From assembly GCA_965219455.1 (NCBI GenBank), contig OZ244744.1, forward strand, positions 3,168,001 to 3,232,000: a DNA stretch of 64,000 bases, in the 5' to 3' direction. Shown here piece by piece: positions 41,453 through 52,305 of this stretch (position 1 is its first letter; every line of letters starts with the position of its first letter). The position numbers and the translations under genes are program-made. The stretch comes from Candidatus Latescibacterota bacterium. GTDB taxonomy: Bacteria > Latescibacterota > UBA2968 > GCA-2709665. The notes beneath the pieces are model-generated. The model worked only from the letters and a program-made list of their open reading frames with translations. It did no database searches and was not told the origin of the DNA.

Positions 41453-42496
41453 CTATCCTCCGATCTGGTACATTTCCACCTTGGAAAATGACGGCAATTC
41501 GGCCGTCTCGGCCGTCCGCATCTCCGAGTACCGATCCTGGCGCCCATCCCACATTTCAGAGATCGTCGCCATAATTCCGTCGTCGCTCGCCCCGTCTCGC
41601 AAGGGTTCTCTGAGATCCACGCCGGTTCCGGCAAATAAACAGGTATATACCTTTCCGTCCGTGGACAGCCTCGCCCTGGTACAGTCGCCGCAGAACGGCT
41701 GCGTGACGGAGGCAATGACGCCGATCTCCCCGCTCCCGTCCAGATATCGGAACCGCCGGGCGACCTCACCCGGATAATTCGGCGTCACGGCAGTTACCGG
41801 CATTTCATCGTGGATACGCTGCACGATCTCCGCTGCGGGAACTACCTGATCCAGGCGCCAACCATTTCGGTTGCCCACGTCCATATACTCGATAAACCGG
41901 ACGATATGCCCCGTGCCATGAAAATGCCTGGCGAGATCCACGACGGTGTGGTCGTTCACCCCGCGCTGAATCACCGCGTTGATCTTCAGCGGAGAAAACC
42001 CCGCCTCTTCAGCCGCCCGGATTCCCTCGAGCACCTGCGATACGTGATAACCCCTGCCATTCAACAACTTGAATACGTCGTCATCCAGGGAATCCAGACT
42101 TACCGTAATTCTGTGCAACCCCGCTTCTTTGAGCTCTCCCGCCTTCCGCGGCAACAGGTAACCGTTGGTCGTGAGCGTGAGATCTTCGATCCCGTCAACC
42201 ACCGCCAGCCGACTGATCAGCGCTTCGATTTCCCGCCGGAGCAGGGGCTCTCCGCCAGTGATCCGGACCTTGCGCACGCCGAGACCCACAAAAAGCCGCG
42301 CCAGCCGTTCAATTTCCTCGAACGTCAATATTTCCGCTCGGGGCAGGAACGTGTAGTTTTCCCCAAAGACCTCGGCCGGCATACAATACGGACACCGGAA
42401 GTTGCACCGATCCGTCACCGAAATCCGGAGATCCCTTAGCGGTCTGCCCAATCTGTCAGTCGCAACGTCCGCCATAACGAAAACCACTTCCGCCAT
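41453..42496 (-). CDS. moaA: GTP 3',8-cyclase
   Basis: LRISVTDRCNFRCPYCMP, FCGDCTRAR, C-terminal IGG. Confidence 0.96.
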   Translation of the reverse strand: MAEVVFVMADVATDRLGRPLRDLRISVTDRCNFRCPYCMPAEVFGENYTFLPRAEILTFEEIERLARLFVGLGVRKVRITGGEPLLRREIEALISRLAVVDGIEDLTLTTNGYLLPRKAGELKEAGLHRITVSLDSLDDDVFKLLNGRGYHVSQVLEGIRAAEEAGFSPLKINAVIQRGVNDHTVVDLARHFHGTGHIVRFIEYMDVGNRNGWRLDQVVPAAEIVQRIHDEMPVTAVTPNYPGEVARRFRYLDGSGEIGVIASVTQPFCGDCTRARLSTDGKVYTCLFAGTGVDLREPLRDGASDDGIMATISEMWDGRQDRYSEMRTAETAELPSFSKVEMYQIGG

Positions 42497-43078
42497 CTAA
42501 AACGATTCGGCCCGCGTAACGGCTGTCTCAAACTGCATCTTATCCACAATTGCCCCGCGCAGGTACGCCTCGTACAGGAATGCGCCATTCAAATTGGCGC
42601 CCCGCAAATCCGTTCCCCTGAAATCCGTCGCGCCCACCACCGCCGCTTCCAGGTCGGCGTTCTTGAAAGTCGTCGGCCGCCCAGAGGGATTCGGGAACGA
42701 TGCATGCACCACACCCAGGCGAACGCGCTTCAGACTCGCGCGCGTGAAATTCGCGCCTCCGAGTACCGCTCCCGAAAGAAACGCGTCGTCCATCATAGCG
42801 CCCGCAAGGTTCGCGCCCAGCAGATCCGCGGAGACCAGATACGCCCCGTTCATTTTCGCTCCACTGAGGTCCGCTCCCTTCATGCTCGCGTTGTGAAACC
42901 TCGTCTCCAGGAGTGTTGCGTCTCTGAAACTGGCGTTGTCCAGCTTCGCGTCTGAAAAATCGACGCCGGAGAGATCCTCTCCTTCAAAAGCAACCCCCGT
43001 CAGATCTTCTCCCGACAGATCCCCGGTTGTTTTCGCCCTGGCTATCAACGCTTCCCTGTCGTGGAACGCGGCGCCCAT
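42497..43078 (-). CDS. Pentapeptide repeat protein
   Basis: A(D/N)LxG-type pentapeptides throughout. Confidence 0.88.
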   Translation of the reverse strand: MGAAFHDREALIARAKTTGDLSGEDLTGVAFEGEDLSGVDFSDAKLDNASFRDATLLETRFHNASMKGADLSGAKMNGAYLVSADLLGANLAGAMMDDAFLSGAVLGGANFTRASLKRVRLGVVHASFPNPSGRPTTFKNADLEAAVVGATDFRGTDLRGANLNGAFLYEAYLRGAIVDKMQFETAVTRAESF

Positions 43079-43167
43079 CCGTTACCCCTCTATGCATGTG
43101 GTCAGTGGACAGTGATCAGTGGCCGGTAAGAATCCGTTAACGTTTTAAACAAGCGATGTCAATTCTC

Positions 43168-43191
43168 GTAGGGGCGACTCGTGAGTCGCCC
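43168..43191. repeat. Solo GTAG-type REP variant
   Basis: GTAGGGGCGACTCGTGAGTCGCCC palindrome. Confidence 0.7.
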
Positions 43192-43422
43192 AAGTGTCGC
43201 GTTTTGCGACATCGGTGGCGTGGGAGCCTTTTTCGTGCTAATCCATTCAGCAGCGATTCTTGTCGAAATATACCAAACTTCCCACGGGGGTCAACCCATA
43301 TCACCGGAGTCTGAAATTGGAGACCTCCGGACCGTCCTGCATGGCAAGCCCTCTCCGAACCGACTGTCCCATACGGCACACGCGCACACCGGGCTGCAAG
43401 GCCCCGCAATTTCGATACGCGA

Positions 43423-44703
43423 TCAATCCACGACGATCGTCTCCTTGCGGTCCGGTCCCACGGATACCATGGCAATGGGGGTGTGGCTCAACTCCTGAAT
43501 TCTGTCCAGGTACCTTTTAGCGTTCTCCGGCAGGTTCTCCCATCGCCGCACGTCGCTGGTGGGGGCTCGCCAACCCGGCATCGTTTCGTACACCGGCTGA
43601 CATTCCGCCAGCACCTTCACGTCGCTCGGGAAATGTTCCAACCGCGTTCCACGGTAAATATAGTGCGTGCAGATCCGGATCTCTTCCAGGGGATCCAGTA
43701 TGTCCAGCCTGGTCACCGCGATTCCGGACAGTCCGTTCACCCGCGCGGCGAACCTCAGGATCACGGCATCCAGCCAGCCGCACCGCCTCGGACGGCCCGT
43801 GGTCGCCCCGTACTCGTGTCCGATTTCCCGAATCCGATCTCCCATAGCGCCGGTCAGTTCGGTGGGAAATGCTCCATTGCCCACTCGCGTCGTATACGCC
43901 TTCACGACCCCGACGACCTCGGAAATCCGGGTGGGCCCGATACCGGCGCCCGTGCACGCGCCGCCTGCCGTCGTATTCGAAGACGTCACAAATGGATACG
44001 TCCCATGATCGATATCCAGCAACGTGCCCTGAGATCCTTCAAACAGGACGTCCTTGCCCGCGTCGATCATATCGTTGAGGTAAACGGACGTATCCGTCAC
44101 GAAGGGCGCCAGACGCTCGCCGAACGCCATATAAGCCTCGATGATCGGCGTCGCATCCAGCCCGTCCCGCCCGTACACGTTTTTTAGTATCTCATTCTTC
44201 TGCCGCACGTTTTCCCGTACCTTGCCAGGGAGCGCGTCAGCATCGAACAGGTCTCCCACGCGAATGCCGGAAGACCGATTGACCTTGTCCTGGTAGCACG
44301 GTCCGATGCCCCGCAGCGTGGTTCCGATCGCGTCCGCCCCTAGCCTTGCCTCGCTGGCCTGTTCGACGCGTTTGTGATACGGCATGACCAGGTGGGTATT
44401 CGGACTCACAAACAGCCGGTTCGCGATGGAAACGCCCTTCGACTCCAGTTCTTCCACCTCCTGGAAGAGCGCCTCAGGATCCAGCACCACCCCGTTGCCG
44501 ATCACACAGGTCTTATCGGGATGAACAATCCCGGCGGGAATGAGGTGAAACACGAATTCCAGATCGCCCGCCTTGATGGTATGCCCCGCATTGGCGCCCC
44601 CCTGGTACCTCACCACGACGTCCGAGTCCGCCGTCATGTAATCCACCACCTTGGCTTTGCCTTCATCTCCCCACTGTGCGCCCAGCACAATGCGCACGGA
44701 CAT
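43423..44703 (-). CDS. purA: Adenylosuccinate synthetase
   Basis: GAQWGDEGKAK, GGANAGHT, GTYPFVTSS, GATTGRPRRCGW. Confidence 0.98.
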   Translation of the reverse strand: MSVRIVLGAQWGDEGKAKVVDYMTADSDVVVRYQGGANAGHTIKAGDLEFVFHLIPAGIVHPDKTCVIGNGVVLDPEALFQEVEELESKGVSIANRLFVSPNTHLVMPYHKRVEQASEARLGADAIGTTLRGIGPCYQDKVNRSSGIRVGDLFDADALPGKVRENVRQKNEILKNVYGRDGLDATPIIEAYMAFGERLAPFVTDTSVYLNDMIDAGKDVLFEGSQGTLLDIDHGTYPFVTSSNTTAGGACTGAGIGPTRISEVVGVVKAYTTRVGNGAFPTELTGAMGDRIREIGHEYGATTGRPRRCGWLDAVILRFAARVNGLSGIAVTRLDILDPLEEIRICTHYIYRGTRLEHFPSDVKVLAECQPVYETMPGWRAPTSDVRRWENLPENAKRYLDRIQELSHTPIAMVSVGPDRKETIVVD

Positions 44704-44812
44704 GATCTATCTCCTCAAAAACAGCTGTCAGCCGTCAGCCATCAGCCGTCAGCTAAACCAGGTTAACGATACGGCGTGGCGATGTCCGTTCGCCATATCC
44801 GCGCCCGGACGC

Positions 44813-44837
44813 GGGCAACCACAAGGGTTGCCGCAAC
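44813..44837. repeat. Solo REP of the island family
   Basis: GGGCAACCACAAGGGTTGCCGCAAC. Confidence 0.75.
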
Positions 44838-45004
44838 AAAATCAAATGCGGCGATTGGCGGTACAACCGCAAATCCGTGGGGTGAACCGTCAAGGTCAAC
44901 CACACGCCCGTCCGGTCGTGTGGGGGCTTTTCCGCGCTCATCCATGCAGCAACTTGGTACGGAATCGCTCCAATGGCCTCAGGGCAACGGCGTCGTTTGG
45001 TTCG

Positions 45005-45097
45005 CTTGAGGCGATTCGCGGAAAAGCAGCCCCGCGGCGTCTGAGCGGCGCCCTTCTTTTTCGTCCTTTTTCTTGGGCGAAGCAAGAAAAAGGACAT
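45005..45097 (-). repeat. Purine/pyrimidine-tract hairpin repeat; second copy at 58634-58720
   Basis: Reverse complement ctttttcttgcttcgcccaagaaaaaggacgaaaaagaagggcgccgctc matches 58636-58687. Confidence 0.8.
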
Positions 45098-45147
45098 TGG
45101 AAAAGGGGACGTTGTTGTAAGGGGGAGATTCTATGCCGCTTCGTTTT

Positions 45148-46734
45148 CTAAAACTTCGCCTTCCTTACCCACAGAAACCGGGGTGACTCCGCAATACGGT
45201 TCAGCACGGCATCCGATGCCGGCAAATCCAGGCTGATTACCATGATGGCCTGCCCGCCCCGGTTGTCTCGCCCCAGCGCCATATCGGCGATATTGAGTTC
45301 CTCCTCGGCCAGCAGCGAACCGATCCAGCCCACCACGCCGGGGACGTCCCGGTTGCAGCAGAACAGCATGTCGCCTTCCAGTTTGGCCTTCACCTCGAAC
45401 CGGTCGATTCGCACGACCCGCGCGTCGCTACTGCCGAATACGGTGGCCGATATCGAGGTTCTTCCCGCCGACGTTTCGTAATCCACCGTCATCAGATTGG
45501 TGTAGTCCTTGTGGGCGCTGCTCCGTGTCTCGTCTATCTTCACCCCGCGTTTTTGCGCGAATAGAGGGGCGTTCACGTACGTCACGAGTTCATCCGTCAG
45601 ATTGGTAATGGCCCCCTTCAGGACCGCAGCCGTCATGGGTGACGTTGCAAATTTCAACATATCTCCGTGATACTCGATAGCGATTCGACGGAGACTGCCC
45701 CGGCTCAACTGAGCCTGCAACGCACCCACCTTCTCGGCCAGCAGCAGATACGGGCGGACGTCCTCGTAAAGCGACGGATCCACCGTAGGCATATTCACCG
45801 CACGCTGGGCAGGCCTGTCCATCAGGACCTCCAGGACATCCTGCGCGATCTGGCGCGCCACGCGCTCCTGCGCCTCCAGGGTTGAAGCGGCCAGATGCGG
45901 CGTGCAGATCACCTCGCGCCGCCGAAGGAGCGGATGATCCTTCGGCGGAGGCTCCTGCTCGTATACGTCCAGCGCCGCTCCGACCACCCTGCCCGTTCCG
46001 ATCGCGTTCAGGAGCGCCGCCTCATCGACCAGCCCGCCCCGCGCGCAGTTGAGAATGCGTACGCCGGGCTTACATTTCTCCAGTGACGCCGCCGAAATCA
46101 GATGCCGCGTGGCCTCCATCAACGGCGTATGGAGCGTAATATAGTCCGACGCCGCGTATATCTCTTCCAGAGTCGTCAGCCTCACCTGGAATCTGGACGC
46201 CATCTCGTCGGAGAGAAAGGGATCGTAACCCAGGGTCGTCATCCCCAGAGCCGTGGCCAGGCGGGCGACATGCTGTCCCACCCGCCCCACGCCGATAATT
46301 CCCAGCACCTTCCCGTTCAACTCCACACCGGTATAGGACTTCCGTTCCCACGCCCCACGCTTCAGCGAAGCGGTCGCCTGAGGAATGTTGCGGCTCAGCG
46401 CCAGCAACATCCCCACCGTATGCTCGGCCGTGGCAATCGTATTTCCTCCGGGCGAATGCACCACCACCACGCCCCGCTCCGTCGCGACGCCGATGTCGAT
46501 GTTGTCCACACCGACTCCCGCGCGGCCCACCACGCGCAGCCGGTGCGCCACAGCCAGCAACTCCCGGTTCACCTGGGTTTCACTTCGAATAATCAGCCCG
46601 TCATAGGGGCCGATTATTCGCGCCAGCGCTTCCGGCGAAAGCCCTGTCCGGACGTCCACCCGGACATCCGGGGCATCCTCGAACACGTTTTGCCAGCCAC
46701 GAGACAACGTATCTGCGATCAGAACCCGCTTCAT
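45148..46734 (-). CDS. serA: D-3-phosphoglycerate dehydrogenase (type I)
   Basis: GRAGVGVDNID, GVGRVG, NCARGG, TPHLAAST, ACT domain NRDVPGVVG. Confidence 0.96.
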   Translation of the reverse strand: MKRVLIADTLSRGWQNVFEDAPDVRVDVRTGLSPEALARIIGPYDGLIIRSETQVNRELLAVAHRLRVVGRAGVGVDNIDIGVATERGVVVVHSPGGNTIATAEHTVGMLLALSRNIPQATASLKRGAWERKSYTGVELNGKVLGIIGVGRVGQHVARLATALGMTTLGYDPFLSDEMASRFQVRLTTLEEIYAASDYITLHTPLMEATRHLISAASLEKCKPGVRILNCARGGLVDEAALLNAIGTGRVVGAALDVYEQEPPPKDHPLLRRREVICTPHLAASTLEAQERVARQIAQDVLEVLMDRPAQRAVNMPTVDPSLYEDVRPYLLLAEKVGALQAQLSRGSLRRIAIEYHGDMLKFATSPMTAAVLKGAITNLTDELVTYVNAPLFAQKRGVKIDETRSSAHKDYTNLMTVDYETSAGRTSISATVFGSSDARVVRIDRFEVKAKLEGDMLFCCNRDVPGVVGWIGSLLAEEELNIADMALGRDNRGGQAIMVISLDLPASDAVLNRIAESPRFLWVRKAKF

Positions 46735-46916
46735 GATTCTCTGTCTGAAAAGAAGCTGTCAGCAATCAGCTTTCAGCGGTCAGACCACCCATCCCTCAAC
46801 CAGTCAAAGCTCCGGCGGAATGGACTGACCGTTGAATGCCAAGCATTTATCGCATAAAGGTTTGCACGTCTGTCAGGGCCGCAATTTTATTTCTTTACGG
46901 TGTCCCGTGGGCATGT

Positions 46917-48056
46917 TTACTCATTTGCGTTAAGTACGCTTTGCGCGGCCTTTACACCCGCACCCGCGTCAAAAATCCATCCGGTCTTCTGCAGACCGGA
47001 TTCAAACGCCGACACAGCCTCCAGAATACCTGCATCGTCCACGTGTCCCAGATTGGATATCCGCACCATACGGCCCCTGTAATCTCCCAGCCCGCCGCCG
47101 ACCACGACGCCGAATTCTCGCCGCATGCATTCCATTAACGCGAGGCCATCCACATTTTCGGGCAGGACAATCGCGGTCAGCGCGTTCGAAGGCCGCCGCG
47201 CGAAACAGGTCAGTCCAAGCGCCGCCGCCGATCGCCGCACCGCCATCGCATGCCGGGCATGCCGCGCCCAGACCTGCGGGATGCCCTCCTCCCTGAGCAT
47301 CTGAAGAGCCGCCCGAAGCCCCGCGAGGAGCGTAACCGGCAGCGTGGCCGGCGCCCGACCCTGGGCCAGCGACGTCCTGTATCGTTCCAGATCCCAGTAG
47401 TACATCGGAAGCCGGCACCGCCCGCGTGCTTTCCAGACTCGTGGCCCCACCGCCGCGAACCCCATCCCGGGAGGCAGCATCAGCCCCTTCTGGGAAGCTG
47501 TTACCGCCAGATCCACGTTCCAGGCCTCGAGCGGCAGAGGGTGTGCCGCCACACTGGAGACCCCGTCGACGACGAGCAGCGCGTCCGTTTCCCTCACGAT
47601 CTCGCCGATCGCGGCTATGTCGTGCAATACCCCGGTGGACGTCTCGCTGTGTGTGGCGAACACGACCCGTATCCCCGGATCGTCCCGGAGGACCTCGGCC
47701 ACGACCCGCGGGTCCACCGCATCGCCCCACGGGAATCTCCGTTCGACCACCTCTACCCCGTAGGCCCGGCAGAGGTCCGTCCACCGTGCGCCGAACTGTC
47801 CCGCCTGCACAACCAGGGCGCGGTCTTCGGCACAGAGGGTATTGGCTACCGCGGCCTCCATCACGCCGGTGCCCGAGCAGGCCAGGACGAACACGTCGAA
47901 AGACGTGGGAAAGACCTCCTTAAGCCCTTCGACCGCATCCCTCAATAGCGCGGGAAAGTCCGGTCCCCGGTGGTAGACCGGCGTTCCGGCCATTGCAGCC
48001 TGCACGCTGTCGGGAATAGGTGTGGGACCCGGTGTAAAAAGCCGTTGCCGCCTCAT
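46917..48056 (-). CDS. Class V PLP aminotransferase (alanine-glyoxylate/serine type)
   Basis: LFTPGPT, SGTG, HSETSTG, VDGVSS, ASQKGLMLPPG. Confidence 0.92.
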   Translation of the reverse strand: MRRQRLFTPGPTPIPDSVQAAMAGTPVYHRGPDFPALLRDAVEGLKEVFPTSFDVFVLACSGTGVMEAAVANTLCAEDRALVVQAGQFGARWTDLCRAYGVEVVERRFPWGDAVDPRVVAEVLRDDPGIRVVFATHSETSTGVLHDIAAIGEIVRETDALLVVDGVSSVAAHPLPLEAWNVDLAVTASQKGLMLPPGMGFAAVGPRVWKARGRCRLPMYYWDLERYRTSLAQGRAPATLPVTLLAGLRAALQMLREEGIPQVWARHARHAMAVRRSAAALGLTCFARRPSNALTAIVLPENVDGLALMECMRREFGVVVGGGLGDYRGRMVRISNLGHVDDAGILEAVSAFESGLQKTGWIFDAGAGVKAAQSVLNANE

Positions 48057-48100
48057 CTCAATGCCCGTGAGAAGAACCGTTTTGTTTGACACTGGCGGGT

Positions 48101-48688
48101 CTATTCTTCGATAACATCCCGAATCCACTTCCAGACATCCTGCCGACCCTGGCCCGACACTGCCGAAAAAGATACGAAATCGAATTCGCCCAGTTGGGAA
48201 AGCAGGTTCCGCGTCCGGTCCAGCCGGGACTTTTGCCGACTTCCCGTGAGCTTATCGGCCTTTGTGGCTACCACCAGAAACGGCCGACCGAACTGCATGA
48301 GCCAGAGGGCCATCTCGACGTCGCGCGCCGTCGGATCGTGGCGGGCATCCATGAGATGCAAGATGCCTCGCAACGACGTCCGTGTCTCCAGATACCGGTT
48401 GACCAGATCGGCCCACTGCCGGCGTTCCTGTTGCCCTCGTTTCGCGTAACCATATCCGGGCAGATCGACGAAATGCAATGTCTCGTTGACCCTGTAGTAG
48501 TTCAGGGTACGCGTCTTTCCGGGCGTTTTGCTGGTGAGGGCCAGTTTTCTGCGGTTCAACAGCCGGTTCAGCAGGGAGGATTTCCCCACGTTCGAGCGGC
48601 CGGCAAACGCAATTTCCGGCAGTCCTTCCACCGGAAGATGGTCCGGATGGGCGACGCTGGTGACAAAATCGGCGGAACGGATTTGCAT
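48101..48688 (-). CDS. engB: Ribosome biogenesis GTPase YihA/YsxC
   Basis: GRSNVGKS, DLPGYG, TKADK. Confidence 0.95.
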   Translation of the reverse strand: MQIRSADFVTSVAHPDHLPVEGLPEIAFAGRSNVGKSSLLNRLLNRRKLALTSKTPGKTRTLNYYRVNETLHFVDLPGYGYAKRGQQERRQWADLVNRYLETRTSLRGILHLMDARHDPTARDVEMALWLMQFGRPFLVVATKADKLTGSRQKSRLDRTRNLLSQLGEFDFVSFSAVSGQGRQDVWKWIRDVIEE

Positions 48689-48720
48689 AACGGGCAACCG
48701 GGGTTAACCGCAAACACATA

Positions 48721-48747
48721 GAAAACCGGGGCTATGGACCCCGGTTC
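48721..48747 (-). terminator. Putative terminator after clpX
   Basis: aaccgggg...ccccggtt stem followed by a short T-tract on the minus strand. Confidence 0.55.
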
Positions 48748-48775
48748 CGAAGGCGCACTAAGTGTGAAACTGCGA

Positions 48776-50017
48776 CTATGCGCTCTTTTTCTCTTCGATG
48801 TGAAGCTGGGGTTTGGATCGGCCGGCAACCATCTCCTTTGTGACCACAACCCGCTTTGGGTCCGGATTGGAGGGAATGTCGTACATCAGATCGATCATGA
48901 TATCCTCCAGAACGGATCGCAGCCCCCTGGCGCCCGTTCCCTTCTGCACGGTTCGCCGTACCACCTCGTTCAGGGCCTCATCTTCGAATTCCAGGTCGAC
49001 GCCATCCATTTCGAAGAGTTTCTGGTACTGTTTGGTAATCGCATTCTTCGGCTCTGTCAGAATCTTGTACAACGCCCGCTCGTCGAGATTGTTGAGTGAA
49101 CTGGTGATGGGCAGGCGCCCGACCAGTTCGGGAATGAGGCCGTACTTGATGAGATCCTCCGGTTCCACCTCGGCGAACAACGCGCCCGCGTTCCGTTTTT
49201 CATTGGGACCGTCCTTTGCGCCAAAACCGATCGTCTTTTTTCCGATCCGGTTGCTGATGATCTCTTCCAGGCCGTTGAATGCCCCGCCGCAGATAAACAG
49301 TATATTCCGCGTATTCATCTGGATCAGGGGCTGTTCGGGATGTTTCCGTCCGCCCTTCGGCGGTATGCTGGCGACGGTTCCCTCCAGAATCTTCAGCAGG
49401 GCCTGCTGCACGCCTTCCCCGGATACGTCGCGCGTAATTGATGGGTTGGCCGACTTTCTGGAGACCTTATCCACCTCGTCCAGGTAGAGAATGCCCGTCT
49501 CCGCCTGCGCCACGTCGTAATCGGCCGCCTGCAACAGACGAACCAGGATATTCTCCACGTCTTCGCCCACGTATCCCGCCTCCGTGAGAATCGTCGCGTC
49601 TGCAATGGAAAACGGAACATCCAGGATGCGCGCGAGCGTCTGGGCCAGCAGGGTCTTCCCGGTGCCTGTGGGCCCGACAAGCAGTATATTGCTCTTTTCG
49701 AGTTCGACGTCGTCCGTAATAATCCCGGACCGGATCCGTTTATAGTGATTGTATACGGCAACGGCAAGCGTGCGTTTGGCCGCCTCCTGCCCGATCACGT
49801 AGTCGTCGAGGCTGGCCTTGATCGTTGTCGGTTTGGGCAGCTTCTGCTGGGATGAAACCGGCTTTTGCCTGGCATCCTCCTGCAGCACTTCGTTGCACAG
49901 CTTGACGCAATCGCTGCAAATGTGTACCGAAGTTCCCGTAATGATCTTATCGACCTGGTCGTTGCCCTTGTCGCAAAAGGAGCACCGGACCTCGGCCTTG
50001 GAAATTCGTCGTTTCAT
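48776..50017 (-). CDS. clpX: ATP-dependent Clp protease ATP-binding subunit
   Basis: CSFC...CSDC zinc finger, [25 protein letters not shown] loop. Confidence 0.98.
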   Translation of the reverse strand: MKRRISKAEVRCSFCDKGNDQVDKIITGTSVHICSDCVKLCNEVLQEDARQKPVSSQQKLPKPTTIKASLDDYVIGQEAAKRTLAVAVYNHYKRIRSGIITDDVELEKSNILLVGPTGTGKTLLAQTLARILDVPFSIADATILTEAGYVGEDVENILVRLLQAADYDVAQAETGILYLDEVDKVSRKSANPSITRDVSGEGVQQALLKILEGTVASIPPKGGRKHPEQPLIQMNTRNILFICGGAFNGLEEIISNRIGKKTIGFGAKDGPNEKRNAGALFAEVEPEDLIKYGLIPELVGRLPITSSLNNLDERALYKILTEPKNAITKQYQKLFEMDGVDLEFEDEALNEVVRRTVQKGTGARGLRSVLEDIMIDLMYDIPSNPDPKRVVVTKEMVAGRSKPQLHIEEKKSA

Positions 50018-50078
50018 ATGTCACCCATGATTCCGCGGCGGCTGATTTCCGACGACTTCGTCGCCGCCCCTGCGCGGT

Positions 50079-50693
50079 TTACGCGTCGTCCTCAATCACG
50101 AGACTATCTTCTTTGCTGGGCACCAGCATCTCATCGATCAGACCGTACTCACGTGCTTCATCGGCCGACATAAAGAAGTCCCGGTCGGCATCTTTCGCGA
50201 CTCGTTCGATCGGTTGTCCGGTCTGCTCCGCCAGAATCTCGTTGAGCCGGTCCCGCCATTGGAGAATCTCCTTGGCGTGGCGTTCCACGTCCGAAGCCTG
50301 TCCACCCGCGCCGCCGATTGGCTGATGGACCAGAATACGGGAATTCGGCAACGCGTACCGCTGTCCCCGGGTGCCTCCCGCGAGCAACACGGCCGCGATG
50401 CTGAACGCCTGTCCCACGCACACCGTTTCGACTTCGTTGGGCACGTATTGCATGGTATCGTAAATGGCCAGTCCCGCCGTAATGCTGCCACCGGGCGAAT
50501 TGATGTACAGCCGAATCGACTTGTCGGGTGAGTCCGAACTGCAGAACAGCATCTGCGCAATCACCAGGTTCGCGATGGTGTCGTTAATGGGAAACCCTAT
50601 AAAAATAATATTGTCCGCGAGAAGACGCGAGAAAATATCGTAGGACCGTTCGCCGCGCCCCGTCTGCTCCAATACCATGGGTACGAGTGCCAT
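50079..50693 (-). CDS. clpP: ATP-dependent Clp protease proteolytic subunit
   Basis: [24 protein letters not shown]. Confidence 0.97.
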   Translation of the reverse strand: MALVPMVLEQTGRGERSYDIFSRLLADNIIFIGFPINDTIANLVIAQMLFCSSDSPDKSIRLYINSPGGSITAGLAIYDTMQYVPNEVETVCVGQAFSIAAVLLAGGTRGQRYALPNSRILVHQPIGGAGGQASDVERHAKEILQWRDRLNEILAEQTGQPIERVAKDADRDFFMSADEAREYGLIDEMLVPSKEDSLVIEDDA

Positions 50694-50733
50694 AAGCGTC
50701 TATTCTCCCTCACTTTCCGATCCCGGATCCATG

Positions 50734-52053
50734 TCATGGGCCATCCGATTTTGCCTCCACGTCTTCAATTTCAGCATGTTGAATCAGAAAATCGAACGTC
50801 TTTTCAGTCAGCAGGTTCGATTCGATTCTCTCGACCTGATCCGACCGCTTCAGTATCTGGCGGAGTTGCTCGCGTTCGGTATTGTATCGACGCGCCATGC
50901 CGTCGAGGTGACGGTCCATCTCCGCCTCTTCCACCACCAGGCCTTCCTGCTTGTGAATCGCCTCCAATAGTAAATGACGCTTCAACCCGCGAATGGTGCC
51001 CTCCCGGCTTTCCCGGCGAAACGCCTCTTCATCGATATCGTGATCGTGTCCTTCGTGTTCCTTCTTGTGGTCTTCCAGCAACGTGCCCAGAGCGTTCTCG
51101 ACCATAATCTCAGGCAGATCAAAATCGTTGCTTCGAATCAGTTCGTCCACAATGTGGCCTTCAAGGTAGCGCCGGGAGCCGAAATCGGCCTGCTCCTGGA
51201 GATCCGTCCGAATTCGAGCCCTGAGTTCGTCCAGCGACGCGAACTGACCCTGGTCCCTGGCGAATTCATCGTCCAATTCCGGCAGCTTGCGTTCCCGGAC
51301 CTCCCTGGCGGAAAACATCATGCGAATCTCCCCGCCCTCCTGATGTTGTAAACCGTGAGCGTGAGCGCCGGGTTCGACTTCCTCCGTATGAGTCAGCCGA
51401 ATCTGCCGGGTTTCGCCCGTGGAAATGCCCACCAGCTGGTTGTCGAGGTCGTGATTGGCATTCCTGCCACCAATATGAATCGGGCGTTCTTCCTGTTTGC
51501 GACCGATAATCGGCAGCCCGTTCTCATCCAGTTCCTGAAGATCCGCAACGACAACATCGCCCGATTCGGCAGGCCGGTCGACTTTCTGCTCCGTGGCGTT
51601 CTGTTCCCGCACACGCTGGAGTTGCTCCTCTACATCGGCGTCGGCGACTTCGAATACGGGGCGAGTTGTTTTCACGCCCTTGTAGTCCTGCACCTGGATC
51701 TCCGGCTTTACATCCACGGAAGCCTTGAACTTCAGCGGCTGCCCTTCCTCGTAGCTGACGTCTTCGATGGCGGCTTCCGCGATCGGCGTCAACCCCTCGG
51801 CTTTGCTGGCCTCCCGGTAGTACTCCTGCATCGCCTCCTGCAGAACCTCGCCCTGAATCATCTTGCCAAACCGCTTTTTGACCAGATTCACAGGGATTTT
51901 TCCTTTGCGAAAACCGGGTAAATTCAACGATTTACTGTAATTCTTATAGGCAGTCTCGATTCGTGCGCGCACATCTTCGCCGGGTACCTCGACCTCGAGC
52001 GTCCTGCGCCACGTATCCGGCTCTGAAACGGTTACCTTCATGACGTTCGGCAT
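50734..52053 (-). CDS. tig: Trigger factor
   Basis: PGFRKGKIP; tig-clpP-clpX synteny. Confidence 0.95.
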   Translation of the reverse strand: MPNVMKVTVSEPDTWRRTLEVEVPGEDVRARIETAYKNYSKSLNLPGFRKGKIPVNLVKKRFGKMIQGEVLQEAMQEYYREASKAEGLTPIAEAAIEDVSYEEGQPLKFKASVDVKPEIQVQDYKGVKTTRPVFEVADADVEEQLQRVREQNATEQKVDRPAESGDVVVADLQELDENGLPIIGRKQEERPIHIGGRNANHDLDNQLVGISTGETRQIRLTHTEEVEPGAHAHGLQHQEGGEIRMMFSAREVRERKLPELDDEFARDQGQFASLDELRARIRTDLQEQADFGSRRYLEGHIVDELIRSNDFDLPEIMVENALGTLLEDHKKEHEGHDHDIDEEAFRRESREGTIRGLKRHLLLEAIHKQEGLVVEEAEMDRHLDGMARRYNTEREQLRQILKRSDQVERIESNLLTEKTFDFLIQHAEIEDVEAKSDGP

Positions 52054-52305
52054 CCTTCCAATGCGTCGATGTTTTCAAAGTAACTCTCTGAACGATCCAA
52101 GCGCAAATGATACATAAATGCAGCGGAATTGTCAATCCGTTTGCCGCAACTCCGGTGTGGCGCAGTGAAGAACATGCTCTCCCGGATCCGAAACTTACCG
52201 TGGTGAGATGTACGGCCCTGTTCACGACGCGAATTGACGCTGGCCCTAAAAAAAATCCGGACACAACTCCTGCCCGGATCGGTTCGACGTCTGTGGGCGG
52301 TATTG

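Noticed and set aside
43145-43155. ttaaacaagcg match to the IS1380 inverted repeat
   Set aside because: Only 11 bp, lacks the terminal CC and has no partner end; likely chance.
52140-52240. tRNA upstream of tig (ccggtgtggcgcag resembles a tRNA 5' end)
   Set aside because: No T-loop GTTCRA, acceptor stem or CCA could be built.
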